64,000 nucleotides of DNA from Eledone cirrhosa (GCA_964016885.1 OZ024742.1:264926001-264990000), one strand, 5' to 3'; shown: positions 36,515 to 49,338, numbered from the stretch's first letter. Program-made: numbers and translations. Notes: generated by a model not told the origin, from the letters alone.

Positions 36515-37266
36515 ACTAATATCAAGAAGTCTTCTTGTGAACATGTCCTGGACATTACTGTCAGCAGCGATTTGCGTTGGACAAAGCATATCTCTAAAGT
36601 TGTCAACAAGGCCGAGGGTGTCTTGGCATCACTCAGCAAGACCTTTGTCAGTTGCTCCCCAGCTATCTATTTAAAGCTGTATATATCTATGGTGCAGCCA
36701 CGCATGGAATTTGCATCACCAATCTGGAACCCCTATCTTGCTCAGAACATTGACCTCTTAGAGACTGTTCAGAGATGTGCAACCAAGCGAATAGCCTCCA
36801 TCAGGCATCTACTCTGACAGCCTTGCTTCCCTGGGCATGGATACATCTGGAAACTGACTTGGTAAACACCCACAAAATTATTAATCATCTTGCCCACAAC
36901 AACTCTGAGCACCTTTTTGAATTCCATGTGTCTAACATATGTGAGCAAGTCAGAAAATAGCACAGCTCCCATGGCTTTTGGAAACATTTTTTCGTGCTCA
37001 GAGTTGTTGAAGCATGGAACAAACTATCTGCATCAGTTGTTAGCTGCCAAGACACTGCATCCTTTAAAACCTCTATGCTTCCTGAAATTTGCTAATACTA
37101 CACCTGATATCCACCCTCAAATACACGCACACATGTATATCATGACTCATACACTGTTCACTTTCCTGACATTTGTACATTATTCTACGTACTATACATG
37201 CACCTTTGATGAGTTGTAGTGCACCTGAGCACTGTACACAATAATTTCATTATTATTATTATTATT
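36515..37266 (+). mobile_element. CR1-clade LINE 3' fragment
   Basis: SSDLRWTKHISKVVNKA..LYISMVQPRMEFASPIWNPY..LETVQRCATK; (ATT)n tail. Confidence 0.85.
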
Positions 37267-37519
37267 AAAGTGTTGTACAAATTCTTAGCACTGTTGGCTC
37301 CAGCATTTTACTTTCATCATCATCATTTCATTTTATGTCCGCTTTTCCCTGCTTACAAGGGTGGGACGGGAACTGATTCTGGCTTGATTTCTACAGCTGG
37401 ATGCCCTTTCTAACACCAACCTCATTTACAGTGAGTGCTGGGTGCTTTTTTGCCGTGGCACCTCCACAACCACTTTACAGTGGAATGATAGGGACCCCAG
37501 TCCTATCATCTCATTTCTA

Positions 37520-37650
37520 CAGGTGAGTAAACTGGAGCAATGTGAAATAAAGTGTCTTGCTCAAGGACACAACACATCACCCGGTCTGAGAATTGAACTC
37601 ACAACCTTTCGATTGCAAGGCCAATGCTCTAAGCACTAAGCCATGTGCCT
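37520..37650 (-). mobile_element. Second tRNA-derived SINE family (CORE/V-like), partial
   Basis: Minus strand: ggcttagtgcttagagcattggc..gagttcaattctc..gtgtccttgagcaagacactt. Confidence 0.6.
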
Positions 37651-37734
37651 CTTCATCGTATTTGAAATCTGAGAACTTAAACTTTCTCTGTCAAATCACC
37701 AATTACTGAATATCCACCAATTCTTCCATTTCAG

Positions 37735-37885
37735 TTTTACAAACTAAAGACAAACTTGAGACACACATATTTCAGTTTAAAGCCAAAGATGGAACATTTC
37801 TGCATTTATGGTCAAAATGTTTTAGTTTCCGGAACCCTTGGACGAAGGAAGTAGAGTATATTGTGACTACGAATACTGTTGTTCC
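37735..37885 (+). CDS. BMAL1: BMAL1/cycle exon, PAS-B/PAC: VLQTKDKLETHIFQFKAKDGTFLHLWSKCFSFRNPWTKEVEYIVTTNTVV(P)
   Basis: Acceptor ccatttcag and donor gtaagt. G+TT joins the previous exon in frame. NPWTKEVEYIV is BMAL-type (ARNT has NPYSDEIEYII). Not in the ORF track. Confidence 0.95.
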
Positions 37886-37947
37886 GTAAGTGATTTTCTT
37901 ATTGTTACTGCTGTACTTTATTGTTGCTTTTCTTGTCATTATTATTG

Positions 37948-39133
37948 TCCATCTGTTGTCAACACTCGCTACATGGAGGGCTGGGCATGCCGTGGCTGAT
38001 GATGCGCAGACACGCGCTTCGGCTAAGACATCTCCACCTCTTCCTCGACAGTGATCAGGTGTGGTCGCCGTTTGCGAGACGTGTCTTTCCCCAGCTCGTT
38101 TCCTTGACGGAGCTGCAGTCCTGGGTCAAGCGAAGACCAAGAGGGAGCGCTTGGAGACTGGAGTGCCTTCAGGCGCTCACAGTCCACGACCAATCGGACA
38201 ATGTGATCGGTGGAAACTCCACCTCGCCATTCTATAGAGGATTAGTGGAGGGGAAGAGCGACGACGTACTTGGGGGAAACTCTAAGCCTCAACGAAAATC
38301 AACTAGCCAATCTCTTTGGAAGAACTTTTGGGCCGGGGCCTATGGACAACTTCCAGAAATCCCTGGCCTGGCAGTGCTACCGAAGAGCCTTGCCAGTTCG
38401 GGATAAACTCTACAGGCATGGAGGTGCCGTCAGCCAGGCATGTCCGAGATGCGCGCAGGGCGACGAAACCGTCCTGCACGCACTCGTCCAGTGTCCGAGA
38501 ATTGCTGACTTGTGGGTTTATGTCGAACACCTGCTGTCGCGTGTAGGACGGATCCGGCTATCAGCTGAGTCCATCGTGAGGATTGCCCCGACCTCTTCCT
38601 TTAGCCAGGAAGGGCAGGCAGTTTTTATCTGTCTGGTGGCCACGGCGAAAGAGATAGTATGGTGGACATGTTTGAAAGGGCTGAAGACGAGCACTTACCT
38701 CTTCGGTGATGCTCTGATTGACTTTTTCAAATTTCATTTGAAAAGGAAAATCAGGGTAGAGAGGCAAGTGCTCTCTTCCCAGCATATTGTTGAAAGATGG
38801 GTGAGAGAAGCAAGAATGGCCCGAGTAAATCGGCCTACTCTGAGTATGTGTCTGTAAATTAAAGGTGGAAAACTGGGAGAGGGCACTTGCCCTGGTGGTC
38901 AGGGTCACTGTGGCCTTTTAATGGGCTTTCTCCACAAATGTCCCTCCAAAGTCTCCCCCCTATTGGGGAATTTTTCATTGTTATTTTTTTTGTTACATCC
39001 TCTGTTTCTGTTTTTTACACGCAGAAATGCCCATTTGTACCGTCCTGTATTGTCCTGTACTGTCCTTAATGTCTACTTCATGTAAACCCTTGTGGTTAAT
39101 AAAGAAAGCATTATTATTATTATTATTATTATT
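37948..39133 (+). mobile_element. 5'-truncated Tx1 LINE ~60 bp downstream of a BMAL1 donor
   Basis: GGLGMPWL..MDNFQKSLAWQCYRRALPVRDKL..CPRCAQGDETVLHALVQC; aataaagaaagc then (att)n; attattattgt at both junctions. Confidence 0.92.
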
Positions 39134-39149
39134 GTTGTTGTTGTTGTTG

Positions 39150-41075
39150 TTGTGTTATTTCGTTTAGCTCAGTTCTGTTTCTCTGTGCCGGGTTCATAAA
39201 CCTAGAGCAATAGATGTTTTCACTGTAGAGAGAAAACTCGTCTGAGAATGTGTGCTGTTCCTAGTAGCCCAATCTGCTGTACCTCATATTGGCTGATCTT
39301 GTATGGAAGGACACTAATGTCCAAGTCTGAGGATTTGAATATTAATCCTAATGTTCCTATTACCACAGGGATAGTGTTTGTGGTCATCCTCCACATGCAG
39401 TTGATTTCTATTTCCAAGTCTTTGTATTTTGACAGTTTTTCCATTGTTTTTATAGATATATTCTTGTCAGCTGGTATGGAAATATGTACAAGGCTACATG
39501 TCCAATCTGTTTTGTTTTTTATGATGATATCTGGTCTGTTGGCAGCGATTTCACAGTCACTTATCACAGACATATCCCACAAGATGGATATGTTTCCCTT
39601 TTCCATGACTATTTTTGGTTGATGTTCATATCATTTGTTAGAAGTTTGGGTGCCATGAGAGCGGCAGAGCATCCAGTACACATATTTGGCAATGCGGTTG
39701 TATCTTTCGATATTGTCAGTTTTTGACAGCTCTGGATACTCGCAGATAACATAATTTACCGTTTCTTTATGTTTGTAGCATATTCTGCATAGCGGACTAG
39801 TCCCATCTTTCACTATTCTGTGTCTATAGGCCCAAGTGTTGAGAGATTAGTCTTGTGCAGCTACTAAGAGTCCCTCAGTCTCTGCTTTCAAACCAGCACT
39901 TCTGAGCCTGGATAGTGAGCCATGCTGATCGATATCATTGTCAGAAAATTGTTCTGGGAATCTACCATGTAGTGGTTTTGCCTCCCATTCATGGTTTAGA
40001 TCCTCTGTTTCTTTGCTTTGATCTTCACAGTTATAGCTAGTTGTGCAGCACTCTGTTGTTGATTTTCTATGGGTATGTCCTGTTCCTTGTTCAGATTTTG
40101 CCTAAATTTTCTTGCCTCTTTTGCCCTCCACAGTAACTGACTTAATGGAGCAAGTGACATACAGAACAGCAAAGGGGACAATGAGTCGCCTTGGAATATT
40201 CCATGATTAATCTTGATCGGTTTAGATTCCAGTGGTCCGTTGTGGTGTTAAAGGACCATTGTAGTTTTCCAGTCTGTCATCATCACCTTCAGGAAAGTTG
40301 TGATCTCAGGTGCTATGTGATACATTTCTAGTGTCTTTATGATCTATGAATGAGGTATGCTGTCAAATGCCTTCTTGTAGTCTATCCAGGCCATTGACAG
40401 GATTTACTTTTTCTGTTTGCAGTTTTCCGTTATGAGTCTATTTATCAGTAGCTGCTCTTTGCACCCATAACTCCCTCATTTACAGCCTTTTTGTTCAGGT
40501 GGCAATAGATCTCCAAAGACGAGGTAATTGTAGACCCTGTTAGTAATCACTGATGTGAGGGTTTGTACATCGTTGGAAGACATGGAATTAGTCTATAGTT
40601 TGGGGGATTTTCTATGCTTTCATTCTTCAGTGGAAGATACATTGTGCCAGTTGTCATCCACTTTCGGACCTTGGGTTTACTACAATCCTGGAAAATTCAG
40701 CAACCAAGGCTTCAATGGAGCACATCCAGATGTTTCAGCCAGAAATTCTGCATGCCATCTCTGCCCAGTGATTTCCAGTTTCCAACATTGCTGATTGCTA
40801 TTTTTATTTCTTGTGAGGTGATCTCATTCCATTCCTGGATGCAAGCAGAGATTTCCAATTGTTCCAGCCATGTGGCATTGGAGTTGTGGTCTTGAGCTTT
40901 TTCCAAGATATTTTCCCAAAAGTGTTCAACTTCATCAAGCTCAGGTGGTTGCCTTATTTCAATATTTTTCTTACCTAACTCTCTGTAAAATCTTTTGGCA
41001 TCTTTGGCAAAGATTTTGTTTTGTTTAAAGAAGTTAGCTCTTTTTTTTTGCCTTTTCTTAGTTTCTGCACCTTTG
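39150..41075 (-). mobile_element. R4/Dong-like RLE non-LTR retrotransposon, internally deleted
   Basis: WKSLGRDGMQNFWLK, WIDYKKAFDSIPH, GIFQGDSLSPLLF, CRIC..ETVNYVICE, ILWD..AANRPDIII..KLSKYKDL, PVVIGTLG. Confidence 0.88.
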
Positions 41076-41119
41076 CCTGTATCTTTTGCTTGATTCAACA
41101 ATTTCTTTCCATTATTATA

Positions 41120-42055
41120 ATGGCGGTATTGGTAGATCATCAGACAACATGCTTTGTGGTATATAGTTATGTCTCTTTACATTCTGAGTTCAAATCCTGC
41201 CAAGGTTAGCTTTGCCTTTCATCCTTATGGGATTGATAAAATAAAATGCCAGTAACACACTGGGGTTCATTTAATTGACGTTCCCCTCCCCCAGAATTTT
41301 TGGCCTTTTGCCTTAATCAGAAACCATTATTATCATCATTATTTTGTATGGAATGGTAATTTGGCAGAATTGTTAAAAAGTTTAAAGAAATGCTTTTAAT
41401 TATTTCTTCTGGTTCATTACTTTTTGATTTCAAATCCTAGTCAGGTCAACTTTGCTTTTCATTCTTCTGGGTTGATAAAGTACCAGTAAAGAACAGGGTT
41501 TGAGATAATTGACTTTTCCTCTCCCACAAATTGCTGGCCTTATGCCTAAATTAGAAATCTTTATTATTATCTTGTATGATGTGGTTCATATTGTATGTAT
41601 GTGTTCTTATGACTAATACATGGTTGTTGTTGCTAGTGTAGTTGAGAGCAGCAGTGTCAATAAAAGAACATGGGACGATTAAATTGACAAATTTCTCCCC
41701 AAAAGTTTTGGCTTTCTGTCATAATAATAATTATTTTTACAGTAGAAAGACAGAAACAATAGTGTTGGGCAAAAACAAAATGCCTTGCTACATTTAGTTA
41801 TAGTCCTTTACATTCTAAGTTCAAATACTAGCAAGGTCAACTTTGCCTTTCATCCTTCTGGGGCAGATGAAGTAAAATATCACTCAACTATTGGAGTTGA
41901 TGTATAAACTTTTCCCCCTTCCTATGAATTACTGACCATGTGATTAAAATTAAAATCAATTATTACAGTGGATTGACAAAAACAATGGAGTATTGAACAA
42001 AATGGGTTGTGGTGTCTGGTCACATCACTTTACATTCTGATTTCAAATCTAGCCA
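41120..42055 (+). mobile_element. Cluster of older SINE copies
   Basis: Repeated degenerate B box and core. Confidence 0.7.
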
Positions 42056-42834
42056 ACCAGACAGGCCTGTCACCATAGAGGTAAGGGGTGGCACTGGATG
42101 ATACTGCCCTAACTACTTTTCAATGGTGTGTCCTCAGATTTAGAAAACTGTTTATTTAAAAAATGTCCTGAAATAAGTTACTTGAAGTTTGACTTTATTC
42201 ATTTTTCATCTCAAATCAAGAGCAAAGAACAAAAATAAATTAAAGAATAAACAAAAGAAAGTTAACCAAAGAAGCAAGTAGAAAAATTCCTTAGAGAATA
42301 GGTGTGCCCACCAAGAATGTTCTGAAGAGTGCTAAGCACCAAAAGCCTGGTGATGAGCCTGTTAACAGAATTAATAAAATAAAGCACAGTTCAAAAAGTG
42401 GGTTAATTAAATAATCCCACTAAAAGTATGAGGCTTTGTGACTTATGTTAGAAATTATTGTTAAAACTTCTTCCTTTGACTAACAGTTACACTTTATCAT
42501 GAGTATTGTATTATAGTTTAGGAAAACTCAACTCTATCATTCCACCCTTCCTGTGCCATCATAGATATATCGAAATGAGCCAAATACAGTATTAGGCAAT
42601 TAATATATAGTTATTATACCACAGTAGATTATTAGATGCAATAACAATTATGTTGCGTCTGATATATGATATGGATCATGTAGACTGAAGACTTTTAATC
42701 TCTGCCACTGTGGTTATCAGCTCAGCTTCTAGTGTGTATGTTATACTTTACTACATATACACTATGTATAATTACATGCTTATCTATGTGTGTGTGTATG
42801 TGTTTATGATTTCAAGTTTTGTGTGTGTGTCTTT

Positions 42835-43170
42835 TATGGCAAAGTGGTTAAGAAGTTAGCTTCACTATCATGGGATCCTGAGTTCAATCCCACTGCATGG
42901 CCTCTTTGGCAAGTGTCTTTTACCTAAACCTCGGGTTAACTTGCATCTTATGAGTGAAACTAGATAAATGGAAACTATATGGAAGCTTGTCAGATGAACT
43001 GTAACTATAATTCAAAGGGCCAACTTTGAGATTCCTTGTTACAGGTTAATTCTACCAGAAAATCACATATAAGGTGCAAGTGTCTATGGAATACACCATA
43101 ACTCAAGGAGCAGGGTTCATTGAATTGATCACTCGATTGGAATACTCATTATTACAACTGACAGCAGATC
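42835..43170 (+). mobile_element. Old tRNA-derived CORE-like SINE
   Basis: tggcaaagtggttaagaag..gagttcaatcccactg..ggcaagtgtctt. Confidence 0.55.
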
Positions 43171-43659
43171 TATTTACTTTTAGATTTGTATATATTTTCC
43201 TGTCTATGTTTATAAATGTATATGTGTCTTTGTGTGTATGTTTTGTGTATATATATAAAAATATATACTTATCTACATATATAAATAGGCAGTCACACAT
43301 ACATACACATATATTTTATTATTATTATTTGGGTGGTGGATTAACATTGAACACATGCTTAGCCATATTTGTTCCAGCTCTTTACTTTCTGAGTTCAAAT
43401 CCTGTCAAGAGTAACTCTGCCTTTAATCCTTCTGGGGTCAGTAAATATACTACCAGTCAGGCATTGGATTTGATATATTTGACTTTTCCATCTCTCAAAA
43501 TTTCTGACCTTATGCTTATGTTAGAAACCATTGGGGGTGATGATTATGATCAGTTTCATGAGGGTTGAGATCAAAGATGCCATATTGATCCCACCAGCTT
43601 TAATGATTTTAATACAGCTATAGACCAATTTTAAATTATGTTTCCTTCTTGTCTTACAG

Positions 43660-43769
43660 AATGCCAAAGGTCACGAGTTCTAATCAAGCAGCAGAATCAA
43701 GTGAACCAATGCAGGTTGATGTTGCTGTAGAAAGTACGTCGTCTAATAAAGTTGAAGAGGCACAGTCTG
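43660..43769 (+). CDS. BMAL1: BMAL1/cycle linker exon: MPKVTSSNQAAESSEPMQVDVAVESTSSNKVEEAQS
   Basis: Acceptor tccttcttgtcttacag and donor gttagt. Phase 2 in and phase 1 out fit both conserved neighbours; frame is open. Confidence 0.8.
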
Positions 43770-44003
43770 GTTAGTATGATAACCATTTCATATTTCCTAT
43801 CTTATTTCTTACAACTCTATTGAAACCCATTTCTGCATTATCTGCTCTGTTTGGACATAGTTTTATCTTTACTACTACTACTACTACTACTACTGCTGCC
43901 ACCCCAGTTGTCGTCGCCATCACCACTATTTATCATTTTATCTATACTGATGTTGTTGTTGTTGCTAATAGTTTGGGTAGCTTATATAGATAATATTTAT
44001 TAA

Positions 44004-44353
44004 CTCTTTCATTACCATGTTTCTCAGAATAGACACTGCTCATAGCTTTGAAACCAAGCATGATTTTGAAAAGAATTAGAAAAATAATTAACATTTCCTT
44101 TCATCCCTACGGGGTCGATAAAATAAAGCACCTGTCATGCCTGGGCCGATTTAATCGACTTTCCCTTCCCCTAAAATTCTTGGCCTTGTGCCTAAATCAG
44201 AAATCGTTATTAACCTAGTGTTTGGAGCATAACTTAACAAAGGTTAACATAAAATTACAATGGAAGGTTTTAAGATAAATATAGATATTTAAAAACAAAC
44301 AGTTTTGTATCGTAGAACCATGGATGATTTCATATGGTTTGGTATCAAAAGGG
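44004..44353. mobile_element. piggyBac-like MITE with a nested SINE fragment (44090-44211)
   Basis: TTAA|ctctttcattacc ... ggtatcaaaaggg|TTAA. Confidence 0.6.
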
Positions 44354-44630
44354 TTAAATATCGTACCACAGAAATAACTAACCTGACACAATTTCTTTAT
44401 TGTTTTAGTCTAGAGGAAATGTATATGCTCATGGCATTTGCTTAACCTTGGAATTCACCCACTAAACAAACATGTCTAGCTTCAGTAATCACTTCATATT
44501 GTGACAAGATTTTCTCCCAAATAATATTGCAATCATCACCATCATTATTACTATCATTTTCATATGTGCACATACATACACACAGAGACATGTTTTCTAA
44601 TACTGTTCTTCTATTTACCTGGTTTCACAG

Positions 44631-44697
44631 CAGGTACACGGACAGGTGCCGGTCGAATAGGAAGACAGATTGCTGAAGAAGTCATTGAAACAATGAG
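44631..44697 (+). CDS. BMAL1: BMAL1/cycle exon: AGTRTGAGRIGRQIAEEVIETM
   Basis: Acceptor tttcacag and donor gtaagt. Matches the conserved BMAL1 motif GTRAGAGKIGRMIAEEIME. Confidence 0.92.
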
Positions 44698-45233
44698 GTA
44701 AGTTTCTTTCTAATTCATTATACACATGGTTACCTGTTAACATGCATTCATATATATAAAGGACAAAAAACGGTTCAGTACTATATGAACACACCAGAAA
44801 AAGACATGACGGTAATATAGACAATATAGAAATTAAAATAATATCTAAGCTTAGAAATGACTCTACAGGAAGGCAAATCAGAGAAGCAACTGAGATAGCA
44901 CTAATAAGACCAAATTTAAACAGAAAAAATGAATGGAATAACAACAACAACCATACTCAAACAAACAATAATGACTTAAGGGAAATATAAATAAATAAAT
45001 AAATAAATATATACACAAGTACAATAACAACAAACATATATAAACACACACTAGTGAACAAAAATAGAATACAAAAACCAAAACACATACACACAAATGT
45101 GAACACACACACGCGCAAATGCATGTGCAGAGACAGAGACAAGAATAAATAAATAAAAAAAATAAATAAAATAAAAAATGGCGTAGACATTACATTACAA
45201 TACAATGGGAGGAAACATAATAGTACCACTGAT

Positions 45234-46387
45234 CAGTGGAGTAACTAGGGGGGGGGGGGCACGTGCCCCGGGTGCCGTTTTGAGGGGGGCGCAAAAAAGA
45301 GATGGAACGCAGTTTGACAGAAGAGCAAGGAATTATCGATGCACGGCTTCAATCACTAATAACAACCGAGAAGCAACGTTGGCGCGATATCCTCTCTAGA
45401 CTTCTACAATGCATCAAGTTTCTTGTGACCCATAATATTGCATTAAGGGGACATCGCGAATCGCTCCAGCAAAACGAAACGACCAATGCTGGGAACTTCA
45501 TCGGTTTATTGAAGTTGCTTTCATGTTTTGATCCTGTGACAAAGGAGTTTCTAAGTAATGCGGAAACTCATCCAGGTTCCACGTCGTAACTCTCCTCCAC
45601 AATCCAAAATGAATTCATTCATCTACTTGTTCTCAACGGCAAGTAGAATGTTCTTCGACGCGTAAAAAATGCTCGTCATTATGAACTGATGGTGGACTCA
45701 TCTCCTGATCAAGCTCATCGAGACCAGCTGTCACGAGTGGTGAGGTATGTCGATGTTGATTTCAACAAAAGGACCGTTCGCATCCGAGAGTCCTTTCTGG
45801 AGTTCACACTACTGGAAGACAAAGATGCAGCCAGTATTGTAGAACTTATTTTGAAAGAATTGAAAGATGATGGCCTTGCACTAAGTGATTGCAAGGCACA
45901 ATGTTATGACAACGCTGCGGTTATGGCCGGACACACCAGTGGGGTTCAACAATGCATAACAAATTTGAACGAAAAGGCGATATTTGTTAACTGTGACAAC
46001 CATTCACTTAACCTCATTGGTTTGACCGCAGCAAAGAGTAGCTTCAAAGTTATGTCATTTTTCAACGTCATCGAGTCATTGTTTGCATTCTTTTTGCGAT
46101 CAACACGGCGTTGGGAAAAGTTAAAGCAAGCAATCCCTTTCGTTCTGAAATCTCCATTGGACACCAGGTGGAGCGCATGAGCAGATGCTGTAAAGTATCT
46201 TGCAAACTTTCTGAATGAAATCCTCGAGCTTCTGCAAAAGTTGGTAGAGGATAATGAGGAGAGATCCGACACACGAAGTGATGCAGAACATCTTTTAAGC
46301 CAAATGCTTGTCTTCCACTTCTTCGTGTTGCTTGGATTGCAAAGTTCGAGCTTGCCCCCAGGCGCAAAATCCCTAGTTACACCACTG
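45234..46387 (+). mobile_element. Internally deleted hAT transposon (ZMYM1/Tip-like transposase remnant)
   Basis: TIRs cagtggagtaactaggg / ccctagttacaccactg; 8-bp TSD ccactgat; motifs ALRGHRE, GNFIGLL, MVDSSPD..DQLS, QCYDNAAVMAG, CDNHSLNL, TRWSA. Confidence 0.95.
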
Positions 46388-46429
46388 CCACTGATGATGT
46401 TGCAGATATGCAACGAAAGAACTTTGATA
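46386..46429 (+). ncRNA. Candidate minimal type I hammerhead ribozyme (sense to BMAL1)
   Basis: ugcca CUGAUGA u GUUGCA gaua UGCAAC GAAA G aa C UU ugaua; canonical core, 6-bp stem II, minimal stem III, imperfect stem I. Confidence 0.55.
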
Positions 46430-46919
46430 GACTATATATATACATTTATATCTGTATTTTTAACTGCTGGTCAATCAATGATAAACATTGATTGCCAAAT
46501 AAATTAACTATGGAGATATAAAAGATACAGAAGCGAAAACCAACCTGAACCAAACAGTGAGTGTGTTCTGTTATTATTTCTGGCAATATTTTAACAATAT
46601 GACCCTCCCCAAGTATAACATATATATACATATATATATATATCAACACATAACATACTAAACATAGATAACCATATATATTTACTTACCCAAACACAGA
46701 ATTTTCAGTACTAAAAGCAACTATATGTGTGTGTGTATGTGCTTTTAAAATGTCTGTAGGTAGCGAAAAAGGAAAAAAAGTGCTTTATCTAGTGCAAGAA
46801 AACTAGTATACCATGAGAACTCCTGCATCAATTCCCAGCATAGATACCAGATGAATGTCCACTTTATATATATATATATATCTCTGTGTGTGTATTCAAA
46901 TTTAAAAAAAAATATTTAT

Positions 46920-47820
46920 AGAGTTAGAAACATAGTATTCTGTACATATATAAAAAACGTGATATTTTGGAAACACTATATGTTTTAAGGTGGTAAAATT
47001 CCTTACAGCACTGTTTCATAGCTCCTAGAACAAGATTGAAAATCGATCTAAGTAATTGATTATCAATTACCAAATATTGATCTTGGTATAGCTCCGGGAG
47101 ACCTGGAACTAATTGTCGGAGGAAATTGTCTCGTTATGAGATCAATGAAATACAAAATAGCTTTTTCTGTCATGTTCAGAGAAATAGTCAATCCAGACCA
47201 CATGGGGTGAATTTATATTTAACAGTGACAACAGATACAAATAGGACTGGCTGTTGCATTCACTAGAAATAGGTGTGATGTACTAGTCTCAGCAGAAGCA
47301 GCTCAACATCATCATCATCGTTGTGTAACATCTATCTTCCACGCTAGCATGGGTTAGATGGGAGTTGTCCCAATTTGAGACAAGGTTGGTCGGGTGACCG
47401 TGTCTCGCTCGTATAGGACTATCTGGCAGGTTTTCTATGGCTAGATTCCCTTCCTAACACCAACCAATTAAGAATTTGGAGCAGATATATTAATTGAAAG
47501 TATCATAACATATACAATATGTATGATGAGTATGTTTTTCGGTGAAAATGCTCAATGGATGTTTGTCCAGAACATCAATAATTCAAATTATAACAAATAT
47601 ATGTATATCATTAGAAAAACATATTCTGTACATATATAAAAAAACATAATATTTTGGAAACACCATATGTTTTAAGGGGAGAAAGCTAAAGTTCCTTACA
47701 GCATTGTTTCATAGCTCCTAGAACAGGATTAAAAATCGATCTAAATAATCGATTATCGATTATTAAATATCATCTGAGGAAATCGTCTCATTATAAGATC
47801 AATAAAATACAAAATACCTT
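46920..47820 (+). repeat. Diverged ~200-bp direct duplication (46923-47160 and 47611-47820)
   Basis: ttagaaa..tattctgtacatatataaaaaac..ccttacagca..tcatagctcctagaaca..aaatacaaaata occurs twice. Confidence 0.75.
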
Positions 47821-48795
47821 TACATTTGTTGAGAATCTACATGCACACACACATATATATGTATGTATGTAGATTCTTGAGTTATGTCAGGAGGATAACC
47901 ATAGTTAAAAAAAGGTATTCAATACATTAGTAGAGTAGAGGCGTTTTTTATTTTATATAGAAATGAGTTCTACAAGACCAGAACTGTTTAATCATAGGAA
48001 TGAGATAGTTCTAGTCCTGTAGAAGTCATTTCTATCTAAAATAGTATATATGTGTGTGTTGCTTTTCTAGGAATCTACCTTTCAGAGACTTTGTATAAGT
48101 TATTCTATAAGTGTATATATATCATCATCATCATCATCTTTTAACATCCACTTTCCATGCTAGCATGGGTTAGACAGTTCATCCTAATGGAGGTAAGTTG
48201 GGTCAAGTGCCCATGTCTTACTCATATTGGACTGTTTCTGGCTAGGTTTCTATGGCTGGAACCACATTTACAGTGTATGCTGGGTATATATATACATATA
48301 TATATATACATATAATGCAGGTGATAAGTCTTTGACAGTTAAAGTTCATGTTGTTGATGACAGTTTAGGAAGCAGAGTATTAATATTTAATAAGACAAAA
48401 TACCAAGGTTAACGACTTAAATTCATTCTTTTGCCGTTTCAATATGTTTACAATACAGTACATGCATATGCAAAAATTGGAAATAACTAATTATCAATTA
48501 ACACCATACATAATACCTATAACTGCATTTCTTCAGAAAAATGGTGAGAAGGAACAAAGTTTACCAATTTCAAATAGTATTAAGAATATACTACATGTCA
48601 AACACTGAGCATAAAGCAATTACATTTTAAAAACATATTGTCAAAATTATTAACATTTAAAATGTTATTATTAATTTTCATTATATAGTTAGAATAGTAT
48701 TTGTTGTTAGATTTGCAGGAGTGGAAATTATTTAAGAAGCAATTGCTAACAGTCAGCATCTTACATAAACAATGAATATATATATATATATATAT

Positions 48796-49338
48796 TGTTA
48801 TACTTGGGGAGGGTCATATTTGTGTAATATTGCCAGAATTAATAACAGAACACACTTACTGTTTGGTTTGGTTTTCGCTTCTGTGTCTTTTATATCGGTG
48901 GTTAATTTAATTTATTCGGTCCTCAATGTTGCCATTGACTGACCAACGGTCAAAAATACAGATACAGTATAGACACAAAAACATATATATAGTCTATCAA
49001 AGTTCTTTCGTTGCACATCTGCAACATCGTCAGTGGTGCTATTGTTTCCTCCCATTGTATTGTATGTCTACGCCATCTTTATTTAGTCTGTTTATATATT
49101 TATTTATTTTTTTGTCTTCTTTGCGCATGCGTTTGCGTGTGTGTATAGCGTTTTGTTTGATGTGTGTTCGTGTTTGGGTGACTGTGTATTGGTTAATGTA
49201 TTCTATCTTTACTAGTGTGTGTTTATATGTGTTTGCTGTTATTGTGCATGTATTTATTTATCTATTTATTTATACTTCTCTTAGGTCAGTGTTGTTTGTT
49301 TGGATGTTGTTGTTATTCCATTCATTTGTTCTGTTTAA
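48796..49338 (-). mobile_element. Second copy of the PLE 3' UTR (hAT empty site), with hammerhead-like motif at 48995-49040
   Basis: Reverse complement of 44915-45233 joined to 46396-46620, with a single ccactgac; core CUGACGA u GUUGCA gaug UGCAAC GAAA. Confidence 0.85.

Larger units (their letters stand above)
44755..46620 (+). mobile_element. PLE 3' end (GIY-YIG C-terminus + 3' UTR) interrupted by a hAT
   Basis: IEIKIISKLRNDSTGRQIREATEIALIRPNLNRKNEWN resembles the end of the 20620-21440 element; ends at (TA)n. Confidence 0.75.

Noticed and set aside
18492-37885. ARNT/tango identity
   Set aside because: [21 protein letters not shown] and GAGRIGRQIAEE are BMAL-type motifs.
44780-44795. In-frame TGA in a Naiad-like fragment as selenocysteine
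   Set aside because: It aligns with an aromatic residue (Y in the related copy), so a decayed TGG is more likely; no SECIS recognised.
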